NCBI GenBank assembly: GCA_017511205.1
Contig: JAFWLE010000007.1
Span: 367-64,366, forward strand
Length of the DNA stretch: 64,000 bases
Origin: Candidatus Saccharimonadota bacterium
GTDB lineage: Bacteria > Patescibacteriota > Saccharimonadia > Saccharimonadales > Saccharimonadaceae
Reading direction: 5' to 3'
Shown here: positions 28,801 through 37,170 of the stretch, in pieces
How positions within the stretch are numbered: the first letter of the stretch is position 1
How the letters are laid out: each line of letters begins with the position of its first letter
The notes under the pieces: model-generated
What the model was told of the DNA's origin: nothing
The model's input: the letters and a program-made list of their open reading frames with translations, nothing else
Databases searched by the model: none
Position numbers and translations under genes: made by a program

Positions 28801-29246
28801 CCAATCGCTGTAGCATTGAAAAACACCCCAGCCGAACGAATCAATTGCGAGACAATCACCCGCTCGGTACCATTAATGATAAAGGTCGCGCGCTCAGTCA
28901 TCCAAGGATAATCACCGAAATAGATATCCTGTTCTTTCTTCTGACCGTTAGTTTTGTTCTCGAGCTCCACTACTACGTGCAGTGGTGCCTCATAAGTCGC
29001 CAAATTATACTTCGCTTCTTGCTCAGTTTCTTTTGGTTCTTTAAAATAATAATCTTTGAACCTTAAAGATAATTTTTGCCCAGTATAATCGTCGATTGGA
29101 TTTAACTCAGCAAAAACTTCCCGCAGTCCATTTTTGACAAAGTCTGCCCACGAATCTTTCTGGTGTGCCGTCAGATCCGGAATTGGCAAAGCTTGGTCAC
29201 CCTCGGTGAAAAATACCCTTTCACCTGACTTTGGTTTTGTAGCCAT
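25866..29246 (-). CDS. rpoB: DNA-directed RNA polymerase beta subunit
   Basis: Typical beta-subunit blocks are present ([20 protein letters not shown] and [15 protein letters not shown]). The start is set at [13 protein letters not shown] (29246), with GAGGTAGG upstream. Confidence 0.97.
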   Translation of the reverse strand: [1126 protein letters not shown]

Positions 29247-29462
29247 CCTACCTCTTTTTTTATTAGTGTTATTAATCTTTTCAACAATTTCAGACCACAA
29301 GACAAATAGCTCCTGCGTTTCAAATTGTTTCAGCGCCGAAGATTACTGCCTGCTTTCCCCCAGAGAGTCGCCAGCTCCCACAAAGTTACAAAAACAGGGC
29401 ACACTACTTCTTAATAAGAATAATATCACACTTTTAAAATGATTTCAAGAGCTTTCAGAACC

Positions 29463-29497
29463 AAAAAACGTCTTTCCAACGGAAAAAGACGTTTTTT
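29463..29497. terminator. Bidirectional-looking intrinsic terminator after the rpsP-khpA unit, upstream of the rpoB leader
   Basis: The hairpin is AAAAAACGTCTTTCC-aac-GGAAAAAGACGTTTTTT. Confidence 0.7.
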
Positions 29498-29599
29498 AGA
29501 CATAGATAAGCTCTCAACTATTCATTCCAGAAGCCGACTCGCAGTTAGTTAGCTTATGTTTAATTATACGCTTAAAAACTCACATGTCAAGTACTTTTT

Positions 29600-30064
29600 T
29601 TATAAATCCAAGTCATCTAAATCAGCCATCTCAGCGCGAGTTTTTTCGGCCAAATCCGAAGGTTTCTCTTCTTCGTCTTCCTCTTCTTCCTCGTCATCTT
29701 CTTCTGATTCTTCGTCGGTTTCCTCTTCAGATTCCGGTTCCGATTCCTTCATTTCCTCTTTTGGGGCTTCTTCTTTCTTAGATTCTGGCTTCTCCGATGA
29801 ATCACTAGCTGTGCCTTCGTCAGTATTCACAATTTTCAAATTGTACCTAGCATCTTGCTTAGTGCCAAGCGCTCTCAGAAGCACTCTAATCGCCTGTGCC
29901 GTCACACCGCGCTTACCAATTACTCGGCCGACATCACTTGGATCTACTGTCAAAGACAAAAGCACACCCTTCTCATCAATCTTGCGCTCGACTTCTACTG
30001 CATCAGGATTATTGACTAAAGTTTTAACGATATATTCTACAAATTGCTGGTCGATAGTAGCCAT
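29600..30064 (-). CDS. khpA: KH-domain RNA-binding protein (KhpA/YlqC-like) with a long acidic C-terminal tail
   Basis: It has VGRVIGKRGVTAQAIRVLL (a GxxG KH motif) and the conserved position after rpsP. The tail is EEEEDEEE-rich. Confidence 0.85.
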   Translation of the reverse strand: MATIDQQFVEYIVKTLVNNPDAVEVERKIDEKGVLLSLTVDPSDVGRVIGKRGVTAQAIRVLLRALGTKQDARYNLKIVNTDEGTASDSSEKPESKKEEAPKEEMKESEPESEEETDEESEEDDEEEEEDEEEKPSDLAEKTRAEMADLDDLDL

Positions 30065-30120
30065 GTTTCCTCCATTTATATTAATATACTTACATTATAA
30101 CACAAAAACGTTATGCTTTT

Positions 30121-30540
30121 CTATTCAGCTGATTTTTCTGCCGTTTCAGCAGTAGCTTCTGGCGCTGCCTCAGCTGGAGCTTCAGTGGGCTTAGCTTCGG
30201 CTGCTGAATCTGCCGCCGGTTCTTCCTTTGGCTGATTTTTGCGCAATTTATCTGCGTGTTTAGCAGCTACCTTTTTGGCATTTGGCTCTTTATACCATTT
30301 AGGAAGTTTAACACCATTCTTCTTTAGGATGAAAGCCACTCTAGAAGATGGTTGTGCCCCGTTAGTTAAGTATTTTTCTACCGCTCCTTTATCCAAAGTC
30401 AAAGCTTTAGTAGCGGGATTATAGTTGCCGACCTCTGCGACCACGCGTCCCGATAGCGGATGACGCTGTGATTCTTGGACGACTATCCGGTACGTAGGGT
30501 AATGCGTCCGGCCATTACGTTGCATGCGAATCGCTAGCAT
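30121..30540 (-). CDS. rpsP: 30S ribosomal protein S16 with an Ala/Glu/Pro-rich C-terminal extension
   Basis: The sequence begins MLAIRMQRNGRTHYPTYRIVV. AAGGAG is upstream of the ATG at 30540, and the extended -10 TGTGTTATAAT lies at 30570-30580 (minus). Confidence 0.93.
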   Translation of the reverse strand: MLAIRMQRNGRTHYPTYRIVVQESQRHPLSGRVVAEVGNYNPATKALTLDKGAVEKYLTNGAQPSSRVAFILKKNGVKLPKWYKEPNAKKVAAKHADKLRKNQPKEEPAADSAAEAKPTEAPAEAAPEATAETAEKSAE

Positions 30541-30593
30541 TTTTTCTCCTTTAATTATTAACAAAAACCATTATAACACATTTTTGTAAAATT

Positions 30594-30620
30594 AAAAAGG
30601 GAGGCTTTCGCCTCCCAAAA
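30594..30620 (-). terminator. Intrinsic terminator after the 187-aa orphan gene
   Basis: The minus strand reads TTTTGGGAGGC-gaaa-GCCTCCCTTTTT. Confidence 0.75.
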
Positions 30621-30627
30621 CATAAAA

Positions 30628-31191
30628 TTAAATATTAACTGCCTTTTTCTCGATTTCATCCATCCTTATCTGAAATCTCAGTATTCTGTAGATATCAATA
30701 GCGGATAAAACCTTATTATTCTTGAGCAACTTGCGAGCCTCACGAGAAAAATATTTCAAATTCTTCTGATCTACAAAGATTCTCTGTTCTGGCTGATGAT
30801 TACCATCGCAACAACCAGCAAAATAGTATTCAAACGTCATGAGGTCTAAGAAACGCTCAATATCCGTTATCTGTGCTATTTTTCTAGTTTCAAAAGCCTT
30901 ATTTAGCTCTTGGACCAATCGAATGCAACGATTATGACAGCTGTTAACGGCATACCCAATCTTTTGTACGCCAACGCGAACCTGATCATCACTCGCCTCG
31001 CTTAATCTGACCCCGTCTAAAAAAGTCTTAGAAAAATACAGAGCAGCGCCTCTAATCTCGCGTAAGGAATATCCATAACTTCTCCAGAGAAGGTTTACAG
31101 AATCCTTAGTATGCCTCACTTTCGAATAGTTTTCTAAAGCTTCAAGCAGTTCTTCAAAGATTTCTTTTATGCTTCTAATGTCCTCTGCCAA
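30628..31191 (-). CDS. Hypothetical cytoplasmic protein (187 aa), family not recognised
   Basis: The ORF has its own terminator and a 97-nt upstream gap. It has no TM segment. Cys/His clusters are CHNRC and GCCDGNH. By eye it is more AT-rich than its neighbours. Confidence 0.55.
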   Translation of the reverse strand: MAEDIRSIKEIFEELLEALENYSKVRHTKDSVNLLWRSYGYSLREIRGAALYFSKTFLDGVRLSEASDDQVRVGVQKIGYAVNSCHNRCIRLVQELNKAFETRKIAQITDIERFLDLMTFEYYFAGCCDGNHQPEQRIFVDQKNLKYFSREARKLLKNNKVLSAIDIYRILRFQIRMDEIEKKAVNI

Positions 31192-31288
31192 TTACTTCAC
31201 CCCCAATCAGACTACGGCAGCTACATCCTATACCCTCATCATAGCATAAAACACCAAAAAAATCAAGACCAACCCCCTGTAAATTCGA

Positions 31289-32008
31289 CTATTTATCGTT
31301 TTTCAAGTATTCTGCACGAAATTTCTTTACACCTTCTCTAGCTGCCTCAGTTTGCGCCTCTTGTTTAGAGTGGCCAACACCTTTACCTACAATCTTATCG
31401 TTCACATAAAGTCCCACCGTAAATCTCTTATCGTGATCCGGGCCTTCCTCTTTCAAAGTCCGATACGAAGGAGTTACCCCCTCATATTTTTGCGCCAATT
31501 CTTGAACGTAAGATTTCGCATCACGCCACAAACCTTCTTCCATCACTTTCTCAGCTTTCGACAAAATATGTTCATTCACAATCCGACGCGCCGCCTCGTA
31601 CCCTTGGTCTAGATACACCGCACCTAGCACCGCCTCAAAACAATCAGCCAAGATAGAATCATGCGCTCTTTCAGTACCTTTTTGTTCCCCACGCGACATT
31701 CTAACCAGCGGTTCATACCCCAGTTCTTTACCAGCCTCGCCAATCGACTCCGTCCGTACTAGCGCCGCCCGTACCGCTGTCATCACTCCTTCCGGCTCAT
31801 TATAGTTCCGATACAAAAAATCCGACGAAACCAGTTCCAGCACGGCATCACCCAAATATTCTAATCTCTCATTATGCTCATGAGTCGTCTTCCGATGCTC
31901 ATTCACGTAACTACGGTGGGTCAACGCCGTTACCAATAAATTAATATCATTAAACTTAATTCCTAATTTCTCTTTCGCAAATTCCTCATATGGAGTTAAA
32001 TCCATCAT
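31289..32008 (-). CDS. rnc: Ribonuclease III
   Basis: It has the RNase III signature ERLEYLGDAVLELV and a C-terminal dsRBD (HDKRFTVGLYVNDKIVGKGVGHSKQEAQTEAAR). Confidence 0.95.
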   Translation of the reverse strand: MMDLTPYEEFAKEKLGIKFNDINLLVTALTHRSYVNEHRKTTHEHNERLEYLGDAVLELVSSDFLYRNYNEPEGVMTAVRAALVRTESIGEAGKELGYEPLVRMSRGEQKGTERAHDSILADCFEAVLGAVYLDQGYEAARRIVNEHILSKAEKVMEEGLWRDAKSYVQELAQKYEGVTPSYRTLKEEGPDHDKRFTVGLYVNDKIVGKGVGHSKQEAQTEAAREGVKKFRAEYLKNDK

Positions 32009-32016
32009 TTTCCTTT

Positions 32017-32601
32017 CTAATTATTAAACTCCCCAGCTCGGATTTTCTTCTTAGCAATTAGCATCAATTTTTCAATATCCTCATACTCAATCACCTCAAG
32101 AGCGTCCGCAAAGGAGAACCACTTGATTCCTTTCATCCATTTTTCCGGTGTTGGCGTCTCATGACTATCCAGAGCCTGCACTAAATAAATCTGTGTAGTC
32201 ATCAGCACCAATTTATCAATTCTACGATATTTAAAGTGGATTTTACCAAGCCAAGTCAAAATCGAAACGTTTTTCAGCCCGGTTTCTTCCTCGATTTCGC
32301 GGCGCGCCGTCATTTTCGCCGTCTCGCCCGGTTCAATATGTCCCTTCGGAATGGTCCAGCGTTCCTTTGAATCCTGAATCAGTAAAATTTCAATATCTTT
32401 TCTATCTTTCGTAAAACGAAAAACAATGCCACCAGAAGTTGGTTCCCGCACAATCTCCTGAATCGCCGCCTTCCTATGAAAAACAGCTGATTTAATTTTA
32501 TCGAGAGTCGACTCCTTAATCCTTTCCGTCGGCAGCGCTTCTGGAACCTTTAGAGCTCTTCTCGCCGTCGGCTCCTGCGACGGTCTTTTCCTTTGTTCCA
32601 T
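32017..32601 (-). CDS. NUDIX hydrolase
   Basis: The Nudix box is GHIEPGETAKMTARREIEEETGL. The annotated Met start overlaps the nusB 3' end by 86 nt, so the true start is uncertain. Confidence 0.8.
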   Translation of the reverse strand: MEQRKRPSQEPTARRALKVPEALPTERIKESTLDKIKSAVFHRKAAIQEIVREPTSGGIVFRFTKDRKDIEILLIQDSKERWTIPKGHIEPGETAKMTARREIEEETGLKNVSILTWLGKIHFKYRRIDKLVLMTTQIYLVQALDSHETPTPEKWMKGIKWFSFADALEVIEYEDIEKLMLIAKKKIRAGEFNN

Positions 32602-33046
32602 TTTGTTTCTCTTCGGTAATACCTAGTTTCTTATAAGCTGTGCCTAGTACGCCATTGACAAACTTTGAGGAATTTTCGCTCCCAAAGGCCTTGGCTAACT
32701 CCACAGCTTCGTTAATGGCGACTTTCGGAGGAATCGAATCCTGGCATTCCGAAAGTTCATAAAGTCCCATCCTCAGGACATTTCGATCAATCGCTGCAAT
32801 CGAATCAATTGGCCACTCTGGCGCCATGGGCTGTAAAGCCTTATCTAATGTCTCAAAATTCTCTGCAACTTTATGCGCTAAGTTGTACACAAACTCCGTG
32901 TCTCCCAACGCCTTCTCATATGGCTCAATGTTTTTTGCTACGATAATGTCCAAATCGACTTCTTTATCTTTTGCCAAAGTTCTCAGTTCATACTCATATA
33001 AACTCTGTAGAACAATCACTCTACCTAAATGTCGATTACTTGCCAT
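32516..33046 (-). CDS. nusB: Transcription antitermination factor NusB with a C-terminal low-complexity extension
   Basis: The sequence has RVIVLQSLYEYEL...LRMGLYEL....PPKVAINEAVELAKAFG. Confidence 0.9.
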   Translation of the reverse strand: MASNRHLGRVIVLQSLYEYELRTLAKDKEVDLDIIVAKNIEPYEKALGDTEFVYNLAHKVAENFETLDKALQPMAPEWPIDSIAAIDRNVLRMGLYELSECQDSIPPKVAINEAVELAKAFGSENSSKFVNGVLGTAYKKLGITEEKQNGTKEKTVAGADGEKSSKGSRSAADGKD

Positions 33047-33059
33047 TTTTAATCTTCTC

Positions 33060-33218
33060 TTATTTCTTAGTTTTAACTTTTAAATTTGGTGTCTTCTTCT
33101 TAGTCTCGAAAGCTTTTACCGGTGAAACTTTGTTTACGCTCCGGGCCAGCTTCAATCTAAGATGACTCCTACGAAGCCCAGTTTTTCTCGGACTACTTTG
33201 TTTCTTAGGTTCAGGCAT
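33060..33218 (-). CDS. rpmF: 50S ribosomal protein L32 (52 aa, cysteine-free form), not in the ORF track
   Basis: My hand translation is MPEPKKQSSPRKTGLRRSHLRLKLARSVNKVSPVKAFETKKKTPNLKVKTKK. It has the bL32 N-terminal signature K..S....G.RRSH. AAGGAG lies 6 nt upstream, and TTGCAG-17-TAGAAT is further upstream. Confidence 0.8.
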   Translation of the reverse strand: MPEPKKQSSPRKTGLRRSHLRLKLARSVNKVSPVKAFETKKKTPNLKVKTKK

Positions 33219-33296
33219 TTTACTCCTTTAACGTTAATAGATAATTTTACTCATTCTACCACGTTTTTTAATACTCTGCAAGTAGAATCCTCTCAT

Positions 33297-33326
33297 GTAA
33301 AAAGCCTTGCCATTTCTGGCAAGGCT
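33297..33326 (-). terminator. Intrinsic terminator after the 176-aa membrane protein gene
   Basis: The hairpin is AGCCTTGCC-atttct-GGCAAGGCT, followed by TTTTT on the minus strand. Confidence 0.75.
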
Positions 33327-33333
33327 TCTGGGG

Positions 33334-33861
33334 CTAGCATAAACTGTATTTCTGCGCTTCCTCTTCGGCACGCAATTCTCTCTCACGAGCGTCATCTTGC
33401 TCGTTAATTTTCTTGACTAATTCTTTGTTGAGCTCGCGCAAATTCTCAATCGCTCTTGCCGTCCTTCCCTTCAGAAAGTCCAAAGCAATGCGATAATCTT
33501 CCTCGTCAAGCCTTCCTTTTTCTACGCCTTTTTTTGTTGCGCAAAGAGCGTCTAAATTAACGTAATACTCGTCCGACCATTCTTGAACCTCCTCCTTCGT
33601 GAAGTAATATTCATTCAACTCATATAGGGAAACGTGATTTGCCACTTTATTTAGCCAAAACATTATGCTATCAAGCTGCTCCTCACATTCTGGTCCAAAT
33701 ACATCGACATTCGTCTTGTATACGAACTTGATGCGATAATTCCTCGCACCAAAGAAAACCGTTCTCTTACCAGAAAAATAGTTAACCAAGAATTTAACCG
33801 CTAAAAAACTCACCGAAAGACCCAATCCAAGGCCAATTGTATAGACAAATATTCCTTTCAT
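33334..33861 (-). CDS. Hypothetical membrane-anchored protein (176 aa from the internal Met)
   Basis: The start MKGIFVYTIGLGLGLSVSFLAVKFLV is preceded by GGAGGGGG. The C-terminus is charged and looks like a coiled coil. I recognised no family. Confidence 0.55.
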   Translation of the reverse strand: MKGIFVYTIGLGLGLSVSFLAVKFLVNYFSGKRTVFFGARNYRIKFVYKTNVDVFGPECEEQLDSIMFWLNKVANHVSLYELNEYYFTKEEVQEWSDEYYVNLDALCATKKGVEKGRLDEEDYRIALDFLKGRTARAIENLRELNKELVKKINEQDDARERELRAEEEAQKYSLC

Positions 33862-34049
33862 TTCCCCCTCCTCTATTTCATCATAAATAAAGCAAACAAA
33901 ATTAATATTCCTACTAAAATGAATACAGCAGACGTGATATCCATTTCTTCCCTCCTTTAGCTTTAGCCCCAATTCTAAAAGATCGTAGGCTAAAAGCCTA
34001 CCTCCTTATATTATATCAAAAATAAGCCATTTTGTCAAGAATCCACCCC

Positions 34050-36335
34050 TTAAACCACAAAATTCAAAAGCTTAGCCTTTTTCACAAAAATCGTCTTTTT
34101 GATACCATCTTTAGTGTATTTCTTAATCTTATCTAAACCAAGCGCAGCATCAATGATCTTTTGTTCATCGTCTAAATCTTCAGCGTCTACCGTCAGATTT
34201 GCTCGTAATTTGCCATTTACCTGCACAATCACTTCCACAACATCTGAAGTCAGGTATTTTTCATCCCATTTCGGCCATTCGTCATCAACTTTCAATTTTT
34301 CAAGCATCTCCGAAGCCAAATGCGGTGCAAACGGCTTCAATAATTTCGCTAATACTACCAAATCTTCCTTTGTAGCCCCATTTTTATATAGCTCATTCAC
34401 ATATTCCATCAACGCTGCTACCGCAGTATTAAATTGGCACTTATAAATATCAGTAGTTACTTTTTTGACAGTCTTATTGCGAATAACAAGATTCTTATCC
34501 GTTTTAGCGATATTATCAAGCAGATTCCAGCATCGATTGAGAAACCGATACACCCCACCAACACTTCTCGGATCCCAAGCCGCATCTAGTTCTACCGGCC
34601 CGATAAACATCTCATAGGTACGTAATGTATCCGCACCATAGCCATCGTTAATCACGTCCAAAGGGTCAATTACATTCCCCTTAGATTTACTCATTTTCTT
34701 GCCATCAGGCGCATTAATATAACCGTGATAAATCAACTTCTTAATTGGCTCCCTAAAAGGCAATAGACCTTGATCTGCAAAGAACTTGCACCAAAAACGA
34801 ACGTAGAGTAAATGCGCCACCGCATGATCTGCCCCTGCATAAACGTCTAACGGTTCCCAATATTTAATCGCCTCCGGATCCCAAGCATGCTCCTGATCAT
34901 GCGGCGAAGCATACCGCCACAAATACCAGGAAGAACAAGCATAGCCATCAAGCGTATCTGTCTCGCGCGTCATTTCTTCTAAATGAGTTTTGCCAGTTTT
35001 TTCATCTTTCACTGGTACTTTAACTTTAAGCCAATCCTTCGCTTTGGCAAGTGCCGAACGACCCGAATTATCCGGCCTATAATCCTTAATTTCCGGAATT
35101 ATCACTGGCAGTTGGTCTTCTGGAATTGGATGCGGATTGCCTTCTTTATCATAAGCAATCGGAATTGGACAACCCCAATACCTTTGACGACTAATCAACC
35201 AGTCGCGCATACGATATTTTACTTTTGGCGTGCCATATAAATCACGATCCACTAGTTCGGTCTCCACAATCGGCAAGTCAAATTTCTCTGCAAATTCATG
35301 ATCCCGTTCATCCATCGCTGGCACTGCCATAATCGCCCCAGTACCATAGCCAGCTAGCACATAATCCGCTACCCAAATCGGAATCTTCTCCTTCGTAGCT
35401 GGATTAACCGCATAAGAACCCGTAAATACCCCTGTCTTCTCTCGACTTTCTTGCCGCTCAATCTCGGACTTCTTAATCGCCTCAGCCTTATATTTCATCA
35501 CCTCATCGCGCGTATCATCATTCACTAAATATTCCAACCCTGGATATTCCGGCGCCACCACTAGAAATGTTGCACCCATAATTGTATCCGGCCGCGTAGT
35601 AAACACTACTATATCACTACCACTATCTACAACCTTAAATTCTATTTCAGCCCCTACGCTCCGTCCGATCCAGTTTTTCTGCATCGTTTTAATTTTCTCT
35701 GGCCAATCTAGCGCATCAATCTCGTCTAATAACTCATCTGCATACTCAGTAATCTTAAAGAACCACTGTTTCATCTTTTTCTTTTCAACTTCGTGTCCAC
35801 AACGCCAACATTTGCCATTCTCCACCTGCTCATTCGCAAGCACTGTCTGATCCACCGGACACCACCACTGATATGACTCTTTTTGATAAGCCAAACCCTT
35901 TTTATAGAGTTGCAAGAAGCACCACTGTGTCCACTTATAGTACTCCGGATCCGAAGTATTGATTTCACGTGACCAATCAATCGCGTAACCTAAGCGCTTG
36001 GCTTGTTTTCGAAAATTATCAATATTTGTTTTCGTAACTTCTTGCGGTGCTGTACCAGTTTTAATTGCATAATTCTCTGCCGGAAGTCCAAAGGTATCAT
36101 ACCCGAACGGTCGCATTACGTTTAACCGTTGCTGCTCATAAAACCGCGTCAAAACATCGACTATCGTAAAATTCCTGACATGCCCCACATGAAGCCCAGC
36201 TCCAGAAGGATAGGGGAACATCTCAGCCAACATCATCTTTGGCACGCCTTTCTTTTCCTTGGCCTCAAAAGGCTTTTCTTTTTCCCAAATTTTTTGCCAT
36301 TTTGCTTCAATTTTTAGTGGGTCATATCTTTCCAT
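34050..36335 (-). CDS. leuS: Leucyl-tRNA synthetase
   Basis: It has the HIGH-type motif PYPSGAGLHVGHV and KMSKSKGN. The start is set at MERYDPLKIEAKWQ (36335). Confidence 0.95.
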   Translation of the reverse strand: MERYDPLKIEAKWQKIWEKEKPFEAKEKKGVPKMMLAEMFPYPSGAGLHVGHVRNFTIVDVLTRFYEQQRLNVMRPFGYDTFGLPAENYAIKTGTAPQEVTKTNIDNFRKQAKRLGYAIDWSREINTSDPEYYKWTQWCFLQLYKKGLAYQKESYQWWCPVDQTVLANEQVENGKCWRCGHEVEKKKMKQWFFKITEYADELLDEIDALDWPEKIKTMQKNWIGRSVGAEIEFKVVDSGSDIVVFTTRPDTIMGATFLVVAPEYPGLEYLVNDDTRDEVMKYKAEAIKKSEIERQESREKTGVFTGSYAVNPATKEKIPIWVADYVLAGYGTGAIMAVPAMDERDHEFAEKFDLPIVETELVDRDLYGTPKVKYRMRDWLISRQRYWGCPIPIAYDKEGNPHPIPEDQLPVIIPEIKDYRPDNSGRSALAKAKDWLKVKVPVKDEKTGKTHLEEMTRETDTLDGYACSSWYLWRYASPHDQEHAWDPEAIKYWEPLDVYAGADHAVAHLLYVRFWCKFFADQGLLPFREPIKKLIYHGYINAPDGKKMSKSKGNVIDPLDVINDGYGADTLRTYEMFIGPVELDAAWDPRSVGGVYRFLNRCWNLLDNIAKTDKNLVIRNKTVKKVTTDIYKCQFNTAVAALMEYVNELYKNGATKEDLVVLAKLLKPFAPHLASEMLEKLKVDDEWPKWDEKYLTSDVVEVIVQVNGKLRANLTVDAEDLDDEQKIIDAALGLDKIKKYTKDGIKKTIFVKKAKLLNFVV

Positions 36336-36342
36336 AATCTCA

Positions 36343-36357
36343 ATTATATCATATAAT
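36343..36357. promoter_or_regulatory. Back-to-back -10 hexamers in the 28-nt leuS/trmH-like divergent spacer
   Basis: The minus-strand TATAAT (36348-36343) lies 7 nt before the leuS ATG. The plus-strand TATAAT (36352-36357) lies 6 nt before the ATG at 36364. There is no room for an SD on either side. Confidence 0.5.
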
Positions 36358-36363
36358 ATAGAG

Positions 36364-36870
36364 ATGGAATTAATTTTGGTGTTAGACAACATCCGCTCAA
36401 CTTATAACGTTGGTGCAATTTTGCGCACTGCCGAAGGATTTGGCACTAAAAAAATCATCTTATCCGGCTACACCCCTAGAGTCCACGACCAGAAACTATT
36501 GCCACATTTACGCGAAAAATTAGACCACGAAATCGGAAAAACCGCCCTCGGCGCTGAAAATATGCTAGATATTTATGCATCTGATGATATAATTTCTGAC
36601 CTAAAAAATCTCAAAAAACAGGGATATCAAATCATCGGACTTGAAAACAACATTCAAAATGTGCCAATTTATCAGCTAAACGATCCTAAACTCAAAACCA
36701 AATTATCAGATAAAATCGTCCTCATCCTAGGAGAAGAGGTCCACGGCATCAAAAATTCACTCTATGATATAATTGACTTTTTCGTAGAAATCCCCATGCA
36801 AGGCCAAAAAGAATCTTTCAATGTTTCCGTAGCTACCGGCATCGCCATTTATGGTATAATGAATTTATGA
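36364..36870 (+). CDS. SpoU/TrmH-family RNA 2'-O-methyltransferase
   Basis: The motifs are LVLDNIRSTYNVGAILRTAEGFG, LILGEEVHGI and IPMQGQKESFNVSVATGIAIY. The start is set at MELILV (36364). Confidence 0.85.
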   Translation: MELILVLDNIRSTYNVGAILRTAEGFGTKKIILSGYTPRVHDQKLLPHLREKLDHEIGKTALGAENMLDIYASDDIISDLKNLKKQGYQIIGLENNIQNVPIYQLNDPKLKTKLSDKIVLILGEEVHGIKNSLYDIIDFFVEIPMQGQKESFNVSVATGIAIYGIMNL

Positions 36871-37073
36871 TAAAAGTTTATACTACCCCTACTTGCGCCT
36901 ATTGCCATGCCCTGATGGACTGGCTAGACGAAAAAGGCATCGAATACGAAGAGCTTGACGCCACCAAAGACAAAAGCATCACCGCTGTACCAGTCACCAT
37001 CATCGGTGATACGCGGATAGAAGGTTTCGACCGACCTGCCCTCAAAAGAGCCCTCAAACGCTCAGCTGCCTAA
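36867..37073 (+). CDS. Glutaredoxin-like (NrdH-type) small redox protein
   Basis: 68 aa. MIKVYTTPTCAYCHALMDWL carries a CxxC motif. It overlaps the upstream stop by 4 nt. Confidence 0.8.
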   Translation: MIKVYTTPTCAYCHALMDWLDEKGIEYEELDATKDKSITAVPVTIIGDTRIEGFDRPALKRALKRSAA

Positions 37074-37097
37074 TTCCTTATATCGAAAGATATATTT

Positions 37098-37126
37098 TTG
37101 ACAAATCGCGCTATTAGTTATATAAT
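37098..37126 (+). promoter_or_regulatory. Perfect consensus sigma-70 promoter (TTGACA-17-TATAAT)
   Basis: TTGACA is at 37098-37103 and TATAAT at 37121-37126, with a 17-nt spacer. It lies 45 nt upstream of the ATG at 37171, which is preceded by GAGAGGGGGG. Confidence 0.65.
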
Positions 37127-37170
37127 AAGTATATAAGGCGCAATTTAATAACTAGAGAGGGGGGAATTTT

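Noticed and set aside
29556-30155. 199-aa Ser-rich plus-strand ORF
   Set aside because: It is the mirror image of the acidic GAA/GAT-rich tail of the KH-domain gene and of the 3' end of rpsP. It has no independent signals.
32516-32601. 86-nt overlap between nusB and the NUDIX gene as possible programmed overlap or frameshifting
   Set aside because: More likely the NUDIX gene uses a downstream non-ATG start. There is no slippery sequence or other supporting signal.
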